From the human T2T-CHM13v2.0 reference genome, Homo sapiens: a stretch of 64,000 nt of DNA. Numbering within the stretch: position 1 is the first letter of the stretch; every line of letters begins with the position of its first letter. Of the stretch, positions 38,781 to 54,694 are shown piece by piece. Made by a program: the position numbers and the translations under genes. The notes below the pieces were generated by a model, which saw nothing but the letters and a program-made list of their open reading frames with translations, was not told the origin of the DNA and did no database searches. The DNA lies in NCBI RefSeq assembly GCF_009914755.1, contig NC_060941.1, one strand, 5' to 3'.

Positions 38781-41403
38781 TAAGTCTCCTTATTTTAAAA
38801 AGGGGTACATTAATACCAGACTCAAAGGGCTGATATGAGGATTAGATGAGTCAAACCGTAAAGCGCTGGCAGTTGCTAGGAGCTCGGTGAATGGCGCTCC
38901 CTCCCTCCCTTTTGCAAGCAAATCTCCAGCACAGAGGAAAACACAGGTGGGTGGTGCAGGTGGAAGGCACCTGGTCCTGGAGTCAGAAGCCTCCCTGGGC
39001 TCCAGCTTGATCTCGGCAGGTCCTACCCATCTCACCGTTTCCACTGCCCCTTCCCCTTCTCCCAAATGGTAAGAATCACAGCAGCTTTGCCTGGTGAAAG
39101 ATGAAGATGAATTGCCATCCCCAAACAAACAAACAAACAAAAAAAAACACTTCCGAAAGACCTCTCCTTCCTGTACTGTGTGAGGCATGTTTCTCCTCTT
39201 CCCAGAAGCCAGATCCCATAAGAGGAGTGCCCCCTCTCCCCTCCTAGTGCTGAGCAAAGCAGTGGGGCAGGGGGCTATGCAGGTCGGTGGCAGATGTCTT
39301 TGCTCCTGGGTGGTCACTAATTGGTCCATTTAGCTGCTTGAGTCTGTTCTCCTGTTGGGTATTCAGTAGACTGGCAACACCTCCCTACTCACATGGGTAA
39401 GGATACGGGCCTGCGAGGATGTGTGTCAGTTGTTTTGCCCCCCATCCTGATGGGGAACCATCCAGACAGGATTCAGCCCCCAGATATTAACCCTGAGTAA
39501 GACCTGACAACTCCCAACCACATGTTCATGATTCTCTGATATGTGACCCACCAGGAAGGCGTGTCTCCAGCCAAAGGCCGGAAACCTTGTACATTTCAGG
39601 GCATCACCTGGCCCTGATGTTGAAGTGTACAGAAGCCAGAGGTGTGAAGGCAGGATCTGCAGGCCGACCTCTCTTCACCACTTCAAAGGAGAGTCCAACT
39701 TGAAATTTCACTGTCTGGTTTACACTTACTGCCTCTCTTACCACCATGCCTGCTGGAATGCGAGCTGCCTGCCCACCCAACTCACTCTGTCCATCCCTCA
39801 AGACTCACTCAAAGGTGACCTTCCCCACAAAGCCTTACTCATCTCCAGTTGGTGGTGACACCTCCCTTCTCTGGACTCTTGGAGCACGGGGTTTGTGCCC
39901 AGACTTTGGCTGAATGTGTTATGTCATGTCACGGGGTACCTGGTTGCTCCGCCAAGCTCCTGGGGGGGGGGGCTGTGATGCCTCCTTTCTCACCCTTGAG
40001 TACCTAATTGCCCCACCAAGTCAGCACCCTCAGTGAATGTTTGCTACATGAATGAATAGGTCCCGTAGATTGGGGAGGAGACGGGTGGGGACCCCATGTT
40101 GGATCAATCCAAGAATCTCTGTATGGGAAGTTTCAAAAAGTTGAGATCAGAAGAGCTTATTTAGGTCCTATCCCCACCTATCATTCATTCACCATTCATT
40201 CATTCATTCAACCTAGCACTGGTTCTCCCAGGCGCAGGGGATCCATCAAATAAGAAAGGCCTCCCAGCAGCACAAAACAAACCTGGCACTACCCACCAGC
40301 ACACCCACCTTTCTAGAAGGGGGTTATGTCTAGAAAACAGCTGGAAGCAACCCTGCCATGGCTGGATAGAGGGAGGGTCAGGTGGGAGCCGCCCATGTGG
40401 GCCCCTTCGAGGCATCCCATGGCTCCCCAGAGCGTGGTTCAGAGCCCCTGGCCTGGTGGAGGCTTCCTGAGAAGGTAACAGAGCCGGAGAGGCTGTTGCG
40501 TTTGCACCGGTTTCTCTGTCCTAGGGCCGAGGGCCTTGGCTGGATGAGCCCAAAGCTGGACTTCCCAGACACTAAAGCATCATGGGCCCTTCCTGAGTGT
40601 CATTTCGCACTTGTGATTGTGTGTTATTTTTCTTTATGAGGGCCTGTCTGCTTACACAAACTTCAGGACCCAACAGAATCTGGATCTGCCCTCGTTTGGG
40701 CCATACATAAAACCCCAGGTAGAACCATCACCCAAGTGGGACTTCTCAGGAAGATCGGGCCCCTCTGTGTGGGTTTCCCAGAGGGAGCGCCCACCTTGCA
40801 CCTAGCGTGCGCTGTGTCTACAGCAGCTGGCCCGGCTCATCCACTGGGTTGGGACAGGCTGTGAGAACCCTCAGGGTGGCACCTGTGGTGCTCAGCTGGC
40901 ATCCACTGGGGCTCAGCCACCCCAATCCCCAGCCAGGGGACTCCAAGGCTGCCTGACGGTGGCTCGTGTGGGCCTGAGGCCTGTGGTGGGGGCCTCATGG
41001 CACCATTTCGGGGCTTGGCATTTGCTGAGAGGTTTTCCATCATTTATTAATGAGCGTTGGCAGCGGTCCTGTGAATTAAGGCTCAGTTGGAGACGAAGCT
41101 CTGAGTGGCTGGGTAGGCAGGGCCACTGGCTCGCAGGGCTGTGTCATCACTGGTGCTGGAAGAGGCTTTGCTCCTGCCACTGAGGCCATTCCCTATGGCC
41201 ACACCCCAAAGAAGAGCTTCATCTTCCCAGAGGAGAGTTCATACATCTGGGGGCAGAAGACTGCTTCACCCTCTAGCTGGGGCCAGGCTTGGACAACTCA
41301 CAATCTCCTCCATTGCCAGGTCACCAGGGCACTCCCACGCCTGTTCTTGCACACACAAGGGGGCTCACCCAGGGACAAAAGTGCTTAAAAAGTAACCATG
41401 TGA

Positions 41404-41718
<315 letters not shown>

Positions 41719-41846
41719 AATGAGATTCTTTAACTTGCTTCAGGGTAGTAACTACTGTACTATCCATCTGTCTCTATATGTATCCCATAACATCATGTTG
41801 TAACCCTCAAATATACACATAAAAAAAAAAAAACATTTTTTTAAGA

Positions 41847-42270
<424 letters not shown>

Positions 42271-43371
42271 TCAGAGCAGGAAGGTGCGGCACAGAGGGAT
42301 TAAGCAAGCAGCCCATGCTGCTGTCAGCCAGAATGCCACCCTGGCCCCCCAGGGGCCCAGTCCTGGTGACCACGGAGCCTGGGAGCTGGGTGTCATGCAA
42401 GTAGAAAGCATGCCCTTTGGAACCAGATACAATGATGTTCAGGTCCCGGCTTTCTCCAGTTGGTCATCTCCCAGAACTGCCGTTTTCTCCTCTGTGAAAT
42501 GGGAACAGCAGTCCCTATCTTCTGGATTTTCAGGAGGATTCACTGATGTAACAGCAACATCAATGTCATTGCACCTGTACAGAGTTAGCACTCAGCGCCT
42601 CCTCCATACGTTCTCAGAGGCCAGTGGTAGTGGAGGGGGAGGGAGTGAGAGGTCTTCCCAGGCAGGGTGGTGAAGGGGGGAATGGGGGCATTGGTAGGAG
42701 GAGGACTGGAGCCATTCGCCCCCTTGAATATCCGGAAATCTATGGCTGTGGGATGCAGCTGGAGAGAACTGCTTTGCAAATTACCTTGCAAAGAAAGATC
42801 CATCTCAGATCTTTCTTTTTCTTTAACAAGTTTCCCCCCGGGCCAATTTCAAATCAAGTTCAATCTGGTATCTAACAGTGAAAAGCTGGTTACTCAGAGT
42901 CATTAGATGTAGAATATTCAGGCCTCCGTGGAGGTGGCCCTGGCGCCCTCACGCCACTGCCCCGGGTCGTGGCACCGTGATAAACTTCATTTTCCAGCTG
43001 TTATTTGCACCTCTGGAAATGGGTGTCTCTGGCTTCTGTCCATTGAGAGGGGGTTTCTGCTGGAGAACTGAAGGATGTGCTATTCCTATGTCTGGATCCA
43101 GACCTCGACTGGGAGGGAAAATGGCTTAATGAATAATGAAAGCTTTGTGATCACACGGCAGCCTCTCATGAAGCCTGAGGAAGGTCGGGCTCTTCAGCCC
43201 CAGCTAAGCAAAAGGGAGGCACTGGAAGGGCAGAATGGAACCTTGCAGGGTTGGAGGCCTCATGAGTCCAGGCCTGGTTTGCCAGCATCTTCTCGGAGTA
43301 GGCCAGCATTTCTGAAATATCAGGACTACAGGAATTTATGACAGTGTGGGTTGTGTTAAAAATGGGATCTA

Positions 43372-43713
<342 letters not shown>

Positions 43714-44131
43714 TCAACCTATTTGTGAGGGGGTGATTTTTACTTTGATTTTGGAACTGAGTGACATGAAACCAGTCTGACATCTGGTTCCACTGAATCC
43801 CAAACCCTGGTTTTGAGTGTGGCCCGTTGGATTCGCCTCTAGGACATTAATATTTATCACATTACAATCAAGCCATGCTTCCAGGAGCGACTGGTTGACT
43901 TAGGAGGTTGATGACAAGCAGCTCATTCCAGTGGCATCTTGTGGATGGGGCACCGCATGCTCTGCCAATGCCTCTCTGCTCCGTGGTTGGGCATTCTGAT
44001 GGCATTCCTGGGTATCTTACTCGCTAGTGGTAAAGAGGGCAGAAGGCAGAGTGGATTTTTTTTTCTGCCTTTTGCACGCAGACACAGAGCCAGGGAGCCA
44101 GGAGAGAGCAGTGCCTCCCCTGGCCTCCTAG

Positions 44132-44482
<351 letters not shown>

Positions 44483-45134
44483 CATTAGTGCAATTCAACC
44501 AACATGAATCGAGCAGAGACTAAATAGAAGGTTTGGTTTAAAGACAAGTCAGTCTCAGATCCAGACCCCTGGCTCACGGGGAGACACAATTTAGAAATAA
44601 TGCAGGAGGTTACAATGACAGGGATGTGTACAGACCATTACGAGAATGCAAAAGAGAAGAGGGGGACAGGTCCCTGAGGGCTTCTTAGAAGGGGCAGCGC
44701 CTGCCCTGATGACTTCTGAGAGTTTATAAGGGGACGAGGGCAGGACAAAGGGAACAGCCCAAGCTAGAAGATGGTTCGAAACAGCATGAGCTCCCTGCGG
44801 AGCTCAGGGTTATTGGAGGGTGGGGCCAGCAACAGGACTCAGGGTCAGCAGGAACCAGCTGTGATGGCTGGCATGACCAAACTCTATGCTGTGGGAGGTG
44901 GAAGGTCAGTGATGGTGCTGTGGTCAAAGTCCTATGTCACCAGATTGTCCTGGCAGGTGGTTTTGAGGGAAGCAGCAACAGGGATACCAGTAAAAAGGAA
45001 GAGTTATGCAAACCCAAACTAGGGCAGGGCAGTGTGGATGGATAAGAGGGGTGGATTTGAGGCATCAAGGATGTGGAATTCCAAGGTCGGCTGATGGATG
45101 AAATACAGGCCGGATGAGGAAGAGGGAAGAGTCA

Positions 45135-45782
<648 letters not shown>

Positions 45783-46027
45783 TTAGGAGGGCGTGAGAGA
45801 GAAAGGCCACAGGAACCAGGAAAGGGACCACATGTGAGAAGAACTGCAAAGCTCAAGGATGTTGGACTGTTTGCCTTGCAATGTCAGGGTTCAGGACACG
45901 TCAGGGCTGTTCTGGATAGAGTGGCATTGGAGGAAGACTCCATCTATGCCGCAAATGTTGAGGCCCCCAATCTGAAGCAGAGTTCCCCACAGTGAGGCCT
46001 CAGACATCCTGCAGACCACTGGAGATC

Positions 46028-46292
46028 TTTTTTATTTTTAAAGAGATGGAGTCTTGCTCTGTCCCCCAGGCTGAAGTGCAGTGGTGCAGTCATGGCTCAC
46101 TGCAGCCTCCAACTCTGGGCTTAGGTGATCCTCCTGCCTTAGCCTCCTGAGTAGCTGAGACTACAGGTGCACACCACCATGCCTAATTTTTTAAATTTGC
46201 TTTTTGTAGAGATGGGGTCTCACTCAAACTCCTGAACTCAAGCAATCCTCCTGCCTCAACCTCCCAAAGTGCTGGAATTGCACCGCACCCAT
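46028..46292 (-). mobile_element. AluJ-like element with internal deletions
   Basis: Diverged Alu consensus. Confidence 0.82.
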
Positions 46293-46819
46293 CCCTGGGA
46301 TACTTATTTAACGTGAGCACTCCTGAGCCTCAGACTGAAAACTGCTAGTTGAGGGCGCTGGCCTGAAGCCAAGTTCCCCACCTTCAGGAGGTGCATCCAC
46401 TGCCCTAAGTGTTCCCCGCTCACCCTCCCAAGCCCCCAGGCAGGCAGCTCCTTGTCAGTGCCTGGCTGAGCTCACCCAGGGCCAGACCCTGGGCCTTGGG
46501 CACGCTCTGGGGCTGCCCATTCATGCCCTGCCTCTTGCTCAGTTTCCAAGTCTGTTTCATTTGGGAACAATCTGCATGCCCTGCTTCCTCACCCCCACCC
46601 TGCCTTCTCACATGAGCCCCTTTCCAAACAGACACACCAGTTAACTGGAGCATGGGTGCCTAGCCTAGGACAGAAGCTGGTGAAGGGGAGATGCTCCTGA
46701 GATGGTCCGGGAGCTCAAAGAACATCCCACCATTTGGGCTAGGCCTCCCTCAGCTCCTGAATTGCCAGCTGGTGCCTGCTTGTATTTCTTCATGTAGTTT
46801 GAGAGGTGGTGGGGCAGAG

Positions 46820-47060
46820 TGGTTTAGGCTCTCAGGCTCTGAAGGATGATGGCTTGGGTTCTAGTCCCAGCCCTGCACTAGATGGGCAATCCTGGGCAAC
46901 TCACTGAACCTCTCAGGACCTCAGTTTCTTCATCTGTAAAATGGAGTGGCTGACAATGGCAGCACCTGCATGAGAGGGTTGCAGTGAGGACTGAATGAGT
47001 TAGAATATGAAGTACATAGAACGGCGATGACCTCAACAAGTATTAGCTGCTATTACTGTA
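46820..47060. mobile_element. MIR
   Basis: CTGAACCTCTCAGGACCTCAGTTTCTTCATCTGTAAAATGG...GAGGACTGAATGAG. Confidence 0.78.
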
Positions 47061-47197
47061 ATAGTTGGCAGTAGAGTTGGTGGTGGTGGTGGTGGTGGTG
47101 GTCATTGTGGTAGTTAGCATGGGAATAGCTCCCTGACCCCAGGGCACCGCCCCCACAGACTTCGGTCCTGTGTTCTGTATCCATCTCAGAAGACTGG

Positions 47198-47612
47198 TGT
47201 ATTAGTCCGTTTTTACACTGCTGTAAATAAATGCCTGAGACTGGGCAATTTATAAGGAAAGAGGCTTAATTAACTCATAGTTCCACATGGCTGAGGAGGC
47301 CTCAGGAAGCTTACAGTCACAGCGGAAGGCAAAGGGGAAGCAGGCACCTTCTTCACAAGGCGGCAGGAGACAGCGAGCGAAGAGGGAACTTCCAAGCACT
47401 TATAAAACCATCAGATCTCGTGAGAACTCACTCACTATCAGGAGAACACCACGGGGGGAAACTGCCCCCATGATCCAATCACCTCCCTCCTTCAACACAT
47501 GGGGATTACAGGTCCCCCCATCAATACCTGGGGATTACAGCTCCCTCCATTGACACGTGGGAATACAATCCGAGATGAGATTTGGGTGGGGACACAGGGT
47601 CAAACCATATCA
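47198..47612 (-). mobile_element. MSTA/THE1-type MaLR solo LTR
   Basis: TGTATTAGTC...AAACCATATCA termini; 5-bp TSD ACTGG (47193, 47613). Confidence 0.9.
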
Positions 47613-48755
47613 ACTGGCAAAAGCCAGAGCAACTGTGATCTATTAGGATAGATGAGGCTCCTTGTCCGGGCTGTCTGAGTGCGCGGCCTCCCGAGGGAAG
47701 GGCTTTATTTAGACGAATTAGAGAGAGAGCCAACGCCTCCTCCCCAACTGGCTTTCAGCTCGTCCCTGGCATGGGGATGGTGGGTAATAGATGAAGAAGC
47801 CACCCAGAGCATTTAGATGAAATTAGTGGTGTCCAAATCTCGATTGCCCTCCTAATCAGGTGATGAATGTGGCTCCCCACTGCCTATTTCCACCTGGCTT
47901 CCACGCAGCCTTCCCCAGGCTCTCTCTGCAAGCAGAATCGCTGCATTCAGGACTCTCCTCTCTTTCCTTGTGTCGTTTACAGCATTTCTCTTGCTTGATG
48001 GTGGGGAGCTGGAGTATAGCTTCCCATTAACTTTTATCCTTCCCATAAACAGCCTGCTTAACTCACGATGACTGTTGTTCCACTCTGTTCCCAGGGTTTG
48101 CTCCGTCTCCCTCCCAGCCAGCCTGTTCTCACTGTGTCCCAGCCCACCAAGCCCCACGCCTGGGCTGTCCTGTGCCTGTGGAAGGAGGGAAGCTGGATTT
48201 TACATTTTATTTACTGTTTTTTTTTTTTAAATGCAAGCAAAAGCCTCAAGCCTTAGCTCCAAAACTCCAGGAGGAAGCTGAGGCTGAGTGATCTGTGCCT
48301 GGGATTTCAGGAGCCTGGAGCCAGGAGAGGGGGCAAGGGTGCAGGGCGCCTGCTCTGGGACATGGATCCTGCCATGTGGGCATGGTCTCTGGGACTGACC
48401 GGAGGAGGGAGAGACACAGGAGGACAAGTGAGGGCCAGTGGCCAAGGTCCCTAGGCCCTGAGTGAAGTAGTGCAGGGAAGGCCACTTTGGGAGGGTGCTA
48501 GTGTCCCTAAGCCAGGACTGCTTTCGGGACGGGGGGAGGGATGTTTAGTCTGAAGATGGACAGCGATGGGGGCACAAGTTATCCTTGGGGATCCTCCCTT
48601 TCTGCTCCAAGTCAGCAGAAGACCTTGAGTAAGACTCTTTTCCCAGAGCCTGGATTCTGACTGGCCTCCCTGCCTCCACTCTGTCCTCCATCCTGGAGGA
48701 GAACAGACCTTCCTAAAAAGCAAATCTTGTATATCAGATGGTTAGCTTCACACCC

Positions 48756-49118
48756 TGATATGGTTTGGCTGTGTCCCCACCCAAATCTCATCTTGAATTG
48801 TAGCTCCTGTAATCCCCATGTGTCATGGGAGGGACCTGGGGGGAGGTAATTGAATCATGGGGGTGGGTTATTCCTGTTCTGGTCTCGTGGTAGTGAATAA
48901 GTCTCACGAGATCAATGGTTTTATAAAGGGCAGTTCCCCTGCACACACTCTCTTGCCTGCTGCCATGTAAGATGTGCCTTTGCTCCTCCTTCACCTTCTA
49001 CCATGATTGTGAGGGCTCCCGGCCACTTGGAACTGTGAGTCCATTAAACCTCTTTTTCTTTATAAATTACCCAGTCTGGGGTATGCCTTTATTAGCAGCA
49101 TGAGAACAGACTAATACA
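48756..49118 (+). mobile_element. THE1-family MaLR solo LTR
   Basis: TGATATGGTTTGGCTGTGTCCCCACCCAAATCTC...GACTAATACA; 5-bp TSD CACCC. Confidence 0.93.
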
Positions 49119-49848
49119 CACCCCCACATGGCTCCCTCCAGCTCCCAGGCCCCTGAGGCCCTGCCACCCCTGTCCCCTCCCCCTGGTTCTCTAATTCAAG
49201 CCCCACCAGCCTCCTTTTGCCGCCTCAGACAGGCTCTGACCCCTCTGGGCCTCTGTCTGCCGTAGCCGCTGCATCTTACCTTGCTAATTTTTGCTCCTCC
49301 TTCAAGGCGCAGCTGTACTGTGGGTTCCTCTGAGTAGCCTCCCTGACCCGCTTACAGGCTATCCCAGGCCCCCTCATGCTACTCAAAGGCATGGACGGGA
49401 TGACTCTGGCACCTTCACCACCATAGCCAGGGCCTAGCATGGTGCCTGGCACCCAGCAACCTCTTAATGTGTCAGCGCTGATTTGAATTCAGGGTTCTAC
49501 TAGACGACCAAGTCTGCAGCTGCTCTTCCAGGACTTCAGGGGCCCTCATGGGGGAGACGAACTAGACATTTCTTTGTGATTCCATAAGGAATGGAAGGTA
49601 CATGGTCCCAACATGGCAAAGCTCTTCCTGGAAAGCCACCAGTGGGCAGGACGCAGGCAGGATGTTGGGTGCCATGGGGCTTGGGATGCAGGGCCATGGA
49701 CACCAGGTGTGACTGATTAGCCCAGGAGCTCTGAGGCCTTGCCTAAGCCCATGATCTGGCGGCTCCTCACCAAGTGACCAAGAAGCACTAGGGTGCTGGC
49801 AAGTGATGGAGAATTCTAACCTGGTGCTCCAGACCACAGGTATGGGAG

Positions 49849-50211
49849 TGTATTCATCCATTTTCATACTGCTATGAAGAAATACCTGAGACTTGGCAAT
49901 GTATAGAGAAAAAGAGGTTTAATGGACTCACAGTTCCACGTGGCTGGAGAGGCCTCATGATCATAGCAGAAGGCAAAGGAGGAACAAAGGCACGTCTTAC
50001 ATGGCAGCAGGCAAGAGAGCGTGTGCAGGGGAATTGCTCTTTATAAAACCATCAGATCTAATAGACTTATTCACTATCACGAGAACAGCATGGGAAAGAC
50101 CCGCCCCCATGATTCAATTACTTCCCACTGGGTCCCTCCCATGAGATGTGGGGATTATGGGAGCTACAATTCAAGATGAGATTTGCGTGGGGACATAGCC
50201 AAACCATATCA
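49849..50211 (-). mobile_element. THE1-family MaLR solo LTR
   Basis: TGTATT...GCCAAACCATATCA; 5-bp TSD GGGAG. Confidence 0.93.
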
Positions 50212-50410
50212 GGGAGGTGGTGAGAGGGATCTTAAAAACTGGGTTGGAACTTGGTATCTGGCTGCCCTGGAAGAACTGTTCTCAGCCCTGGAGGTACTCC
50301 AGAAATGCATGTGTGCTCCCTCATCCTGGCCTGGTTGCCAGAAAGCACTGGTGACCTGGCAGACCTGGCAGGTGTGTGCCCTCCCAGACACTGGCTCTCT
50401 CCACCTCTCA

Positions 50411-50452
<42 letters not shown>

Positions 50453-50489
50453 CTCAAATAGAATAGGGAGGCAGGGAATCATAGCAGTG

Positions 50490-51150
50490 ACAGCACTAGT
50501 TGTAGGATCAGACAGAAGCAGGTGAGAGAATCCTGGCTGTGCTACCTTGGGCAAGTTACTTGCCCTCTCTGAACCTTGGCTTTCTCATCTGTAAAATGGG
50601 TGTATAGAAGCTCCCCCTTCATAAGTTGTTTTTGAAGCTTAATGAGTAAATGGAAAGAGCTTAGCACATGCTTTGCAGGGAATATAGTTTTCAACCAAAG
50701 CCAACACTTATTAGTCCATTAGTCATGAGGCTCAGGGAAAAACAGGGTTACTTTGCTGGGCCTTCTAAGAGTCAGGGGAGCTCTGCTTCTTTTGGAAGAC
50801 ACAGTATTATGGGTATATGTGGACAAGGAAGAGTCTGTGTCAGTCCTGATAGGGGGCAAACCTGGCCTGCTCACTTCTGACAATAAGACCAGCTGACTCT
50901 TTGTTATTAGAACAGGGCTGATTATAACAACAGCAAACATGTTTTAAGTACATACCATGGGACAGGCACAGTGACATTTAAAAAATGCATACAATTGTTT
51001 AATCCCCCAAATCACCCTCGGTTTATCCCCATTTGTGATCCCCATTTCACAGATGGGAAAAATGAGGCACAGAGAAGTGAATTAGGACCCCAGATCATAC
51101 AGCTAATAGGTGGTAACAAAGCCAGAACTCAAACCCAAGCAGAATGACTT
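50490..51150. mobile_element. Two MIR fragments in opposite orientations (about 50490-50670 and 50930-51150)
   Basis: CTTGGGCAAGTTACTT...CTCATCTGTAAAATGGG, and CCCCATTTCACAGATGGGAAAAATGAGGCACAGAGAAGTGAA. Confidence 0.72.
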
Positions 51151-51344
51151 CAGAACGTACTGTCTCTATGCTATCCAGCCAAAGGATGATCGATAGGTAT
51201 TTTATCAACTAGTAGCTCCTGAATGGAGCACTGTGTTGAGGATTCAGACTGTGATCAGGGGAGAAAAGTACTGTGATTGATTAGTAATGTCTGCCATGGG
51301 CTGAGAAGGGGAAGACTCAGTTCTGTGCAGGACATTTATTCATC

Positions 51345-51560
51345 ACCAACCACTGCACTATTGACATTTGGAGCTAAATCATTATTTGTTGGGGCAGGGT
51401 AGGGAGTCATCCTGTGCATTGTAGAATGTTTAGCACATCCCTGGTCACGTGTTGCCAGTAGCACTTCGCCCTGCAACCCCAAGTTGTGACAATCACAACT
51501 GTCTCCAGCCTTTGTCAAATGTCACCTGGGAGGCAAAATCACCCCCTGTAGAGAACCTTG
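51345..51560. mobile_element. MER20 DNA transposon
   Basis: GCACTATTGACATTTGG...CCTGTGCATTGTAGAATGTTTAGCA...GTTGTGACAA...GGCAAAATCACCCCC...GAGAACC. Confidence 0.85.
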
Positions 51561-52531
51561 CACTAGAGCAGGCAATGGACAGGGGGTAACAGAGCTCTAA
51601 ACTTGAAGTCAGGTGACCAACAGTCAAAGCTTGGCTATGCCACCAATCAGCTTATCACCATGGAAATGGCCCTTCACCTCTCCAGGCAGCAAATTCTTAA
51701 TATGTGAAGTGAGTGGGGTGAAGTGGATGATCCCAAGGGTCCCTTCTAGAAGTTTATGATTATCTACTATGATGCTCCCTCTCTTGCCCAGCCCCTTCAA
51801 TTAAAACTCTCAGGTTATTGGAGCATAACTTCCCAGAGATCTGCAGAGGCAAACCAACGGAAAAGCTGAAATCTGCAGAGAGCTGTTTCGCCCTTTACAG
51901 CTCCCTAGTTGTTCCTCATTAAAAAAGAAAGAAAGAAATGAAGAAAGAAACAACAACAACAACAACCCTTAGTACTGAGGTTTCATCCAAGCAGCAGTTA
52001 TCCAGTAGATGCAAGGAGAAAAATCACAGAGACAATAACTGAATACCCATTCCCCTGTGTTAGGAGAGAAAAGGAGCGGTTGGTTGGGGAAATCTCTCCG
52101 GCTCCGTTTAATTATGAATCTCGGCAGGAAGCCTGGAAAATCCTGGCCCTCTCTGGAACAAAGTGTTGGAGGAGGCGTGAGGCTGGTGCTGTGGGTTCTT
52201 GAAGAACTCGCTGAGCCAGATGAGACCTCAGATGAGCACCAGCCACAAGCTTCCACGCAGCGTGGGGCTGGTGCTCAGCATCCTCATCCCCGATACAACA
52301 TCCTTCCTTTCCCTGGAGCCCTGTGGTCTCCAGGGAACCCATGCTTATTTTCGTGTCTTAGAAAGTGTTGCAGACCTGCGCTGAGACATGGAGTAGAGCC
52401 TGGGCTTTGGAGCCCTGGAAAAACAGGTTGGAATCTCCCTCCCCCAGTGAAGGTACAGCTGGTTGGGGGTTAGAGTTCTGCCGGTTGCAAGCACATAAAC
52501 CAACTTCTCTGACTTGATCCACAAAGAGGAC

Positions 52532-52825
52532 TTTCTTTTTTTAAGACAGGGTCTCAGTCCTGTCACCTAGGCTGGAGTGCAGTGGTATGATCTCAGCTCA
52601 CTACAGCCTCGACTTCCCAGGCTCAGTTGATTCTCCCACCTCAACCTCCCACATAGCTGGGACTATAAGCGTGCACCACCATGCCCAGCTAATTTGTGTA
52701 CTTTTAGTAGAGACAAGGTCTTGCCGTGTTGTCCGAGCTGGTCTCAAACTCCTGGGCTCAAGCAATCCGCCCACTTCAGCCTCCCAAAGTGCTGGGATTA
52801 CAGTTGTGAGGCACCCTGCCCCGTC
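52532..52825 (-). mobile_element. AluJ-like element
   Basis: Diverged Alu consensus; CAAAGAGGA on both flanks. Confidence 0.88.
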
Positions 52826-54694
52826 CCAAAGAGGAATGTATCGGAAGGATGTGGAAGCGTCCCAAAGGATGGAAGGGAGAGCTTAACAGCCAAGATGAAG
52901 GAAGGAAAGAGGCAGGAGCCTCCATATCTGGCATCCTGGACCACTCAAGAACACCATTTTAAAAACTCCCAAAAGTCCCTTAGTCCATGGGTCTCCTCTG
53001 TCTCTGATCCAAAATATACACTTCCAAGAGAACCTCTGATTGGTCCAGCTTGGGCCAGAGGTCTGCCCAGGAGCCTTGGCTGGGGGCAGGGCCATGTCAT
53101 GCAGGGCCATGGGGGAAGTTCTGTGTGAAGGACTCATTCCCAGAGAAAGGGGCTCCCCAGTGGTACACCCCTGAGGACCATCAGAACCTCAGTATGGGTG
53201 TAGTGCAAGGCAGACGGCCCACTCCCTCTCCACCCACCTTCTGCCCCTCTGAATCACTGCACAGGTGCTCACAACACAAGATTCTTAGAGTCTAGGACCC
53301 AGAGTGATGTCTCCGCTTACCACACGAGCTTTGATCTCCAGGTTCCAGGTTCACAGAGAGAATTTAGAGGTAGAAATGGATTCTCTCCAAGAATCCTGCT
53401 TCCTAAGGGAACCAGAATGGGCTGCAGACAGGCCTCGGTCCCCGAGTGGATTTTGTATCAGAGTCCAGTGCCGTCTCCCTTCTGCTGATCACAAAGGTGA
53501 CCTCTCTCCCAAATCCTCCACTGGCCCCATTCCAGGCTGCTCCATTGAAAGGAAACACCTTTTCGGACCTTGTAGTTCCCTGGACTGCTAGACACAGGTG
53601 GGGTCTTGGGGACAGGGCTCCTGCCCCACTGCCTGGTTCTACAGATGAGCCGACAGAAGGAACAATGGGCCCGAGTCACTATGGAAGCCATTATCTTCTG
53701 TTGGGTCTGAAACAGTGCAGCTCACGGCCCAGCATTCCTCAGGATGGCTCTCTCCTTGTGGCTGGCAGAGGTGAGAGGTGAGGCAGGCTGAGTCCAAGGG
53801 GCCCGACATTATCCCATCAACCACCCCTCCCCACCTGGGAGCCTCTGGCAGCCTCAGGAAGCTGCCAACTTGAAGCCAGAATTGAAATGTGTCCCTTTTC
53901 ACAAGGCACTCCACCATGAGGGGCAGTGAGGAGGAGAGAGCTTGTTCCTCGTGGGTGAGCAGGGGCTGCCGTGTCGAGGCAGCCAGGCTCCTCTGGGACT
54001 AAAAGAGGCCACCCAAGGGCCCCAGGGTGGGATCCAAAAGCCCTAACAGGCCAGATGATAGCAGCCAGGCTGGGGACAGAATGACAGACATTCAGAGCCT
54101 GGAGGGTCTAGAGCTCCGGGCATGAGCCATGAGTTTTCCAGCTTCAGGAAAGCTCCCAGGGCGCCTCGGCTGATGGCATGAAATCCAGTCTCCTTACAGG
54201 ACGGTTCTGGCTCCCTCCAGGACTGCAGCCCCACCTGCTTACTCAGCCTCAGTACTGTCTCCGTCACCTCCCCAGGCAAGGTCCCTTCCAGAAGCTCATG
54301 CCAAACATGCCTCTGGGCTTCGTCTCGCCTGGGCCGCCATATGCCAAGTACTACTTACTCTGTGTGAACCCCAGCACCTCCCCAGGCTTCCCAGACACCC
54401 CATTCAGCACTTGTCCCTTATTCTTTGAAATTCCACAAACCTGCTCCTTGTCTCATAGTGTCACTGGCTCTCTTGTTCTAGTTACTGTGTTCGCTCACCT
54501 CCCCAGCTAGGTCATAAGCTCTCCCAGGCAGGATCCACGGGGCCTGGTGTCAATCAATGAATACCAAACTAAAAGAAAGAATGGGCAAAGGATTGAGTGG
54601 GTGAACCTTGTCCACCTCAAAAGAAAAACCCAAAACAGATTCTAGCGTGACCACAAGGCACCTCAATGACTTTAAGCTATCAAAGAAGAAATGA

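Noticed and set aside
48756-50211. Two THE1 LTRs as ends of one provirus, or as PRDM9 hotspot carriers
   Set aside because: Opposite orientation, distinct TSDs and no internal MaLR sequence. At the equivalent position they read GCTCCCGGCCAC and CCTCTCCAGCCAC rather than the THE1B hotspot motif CCTCCCTAGCCAC.
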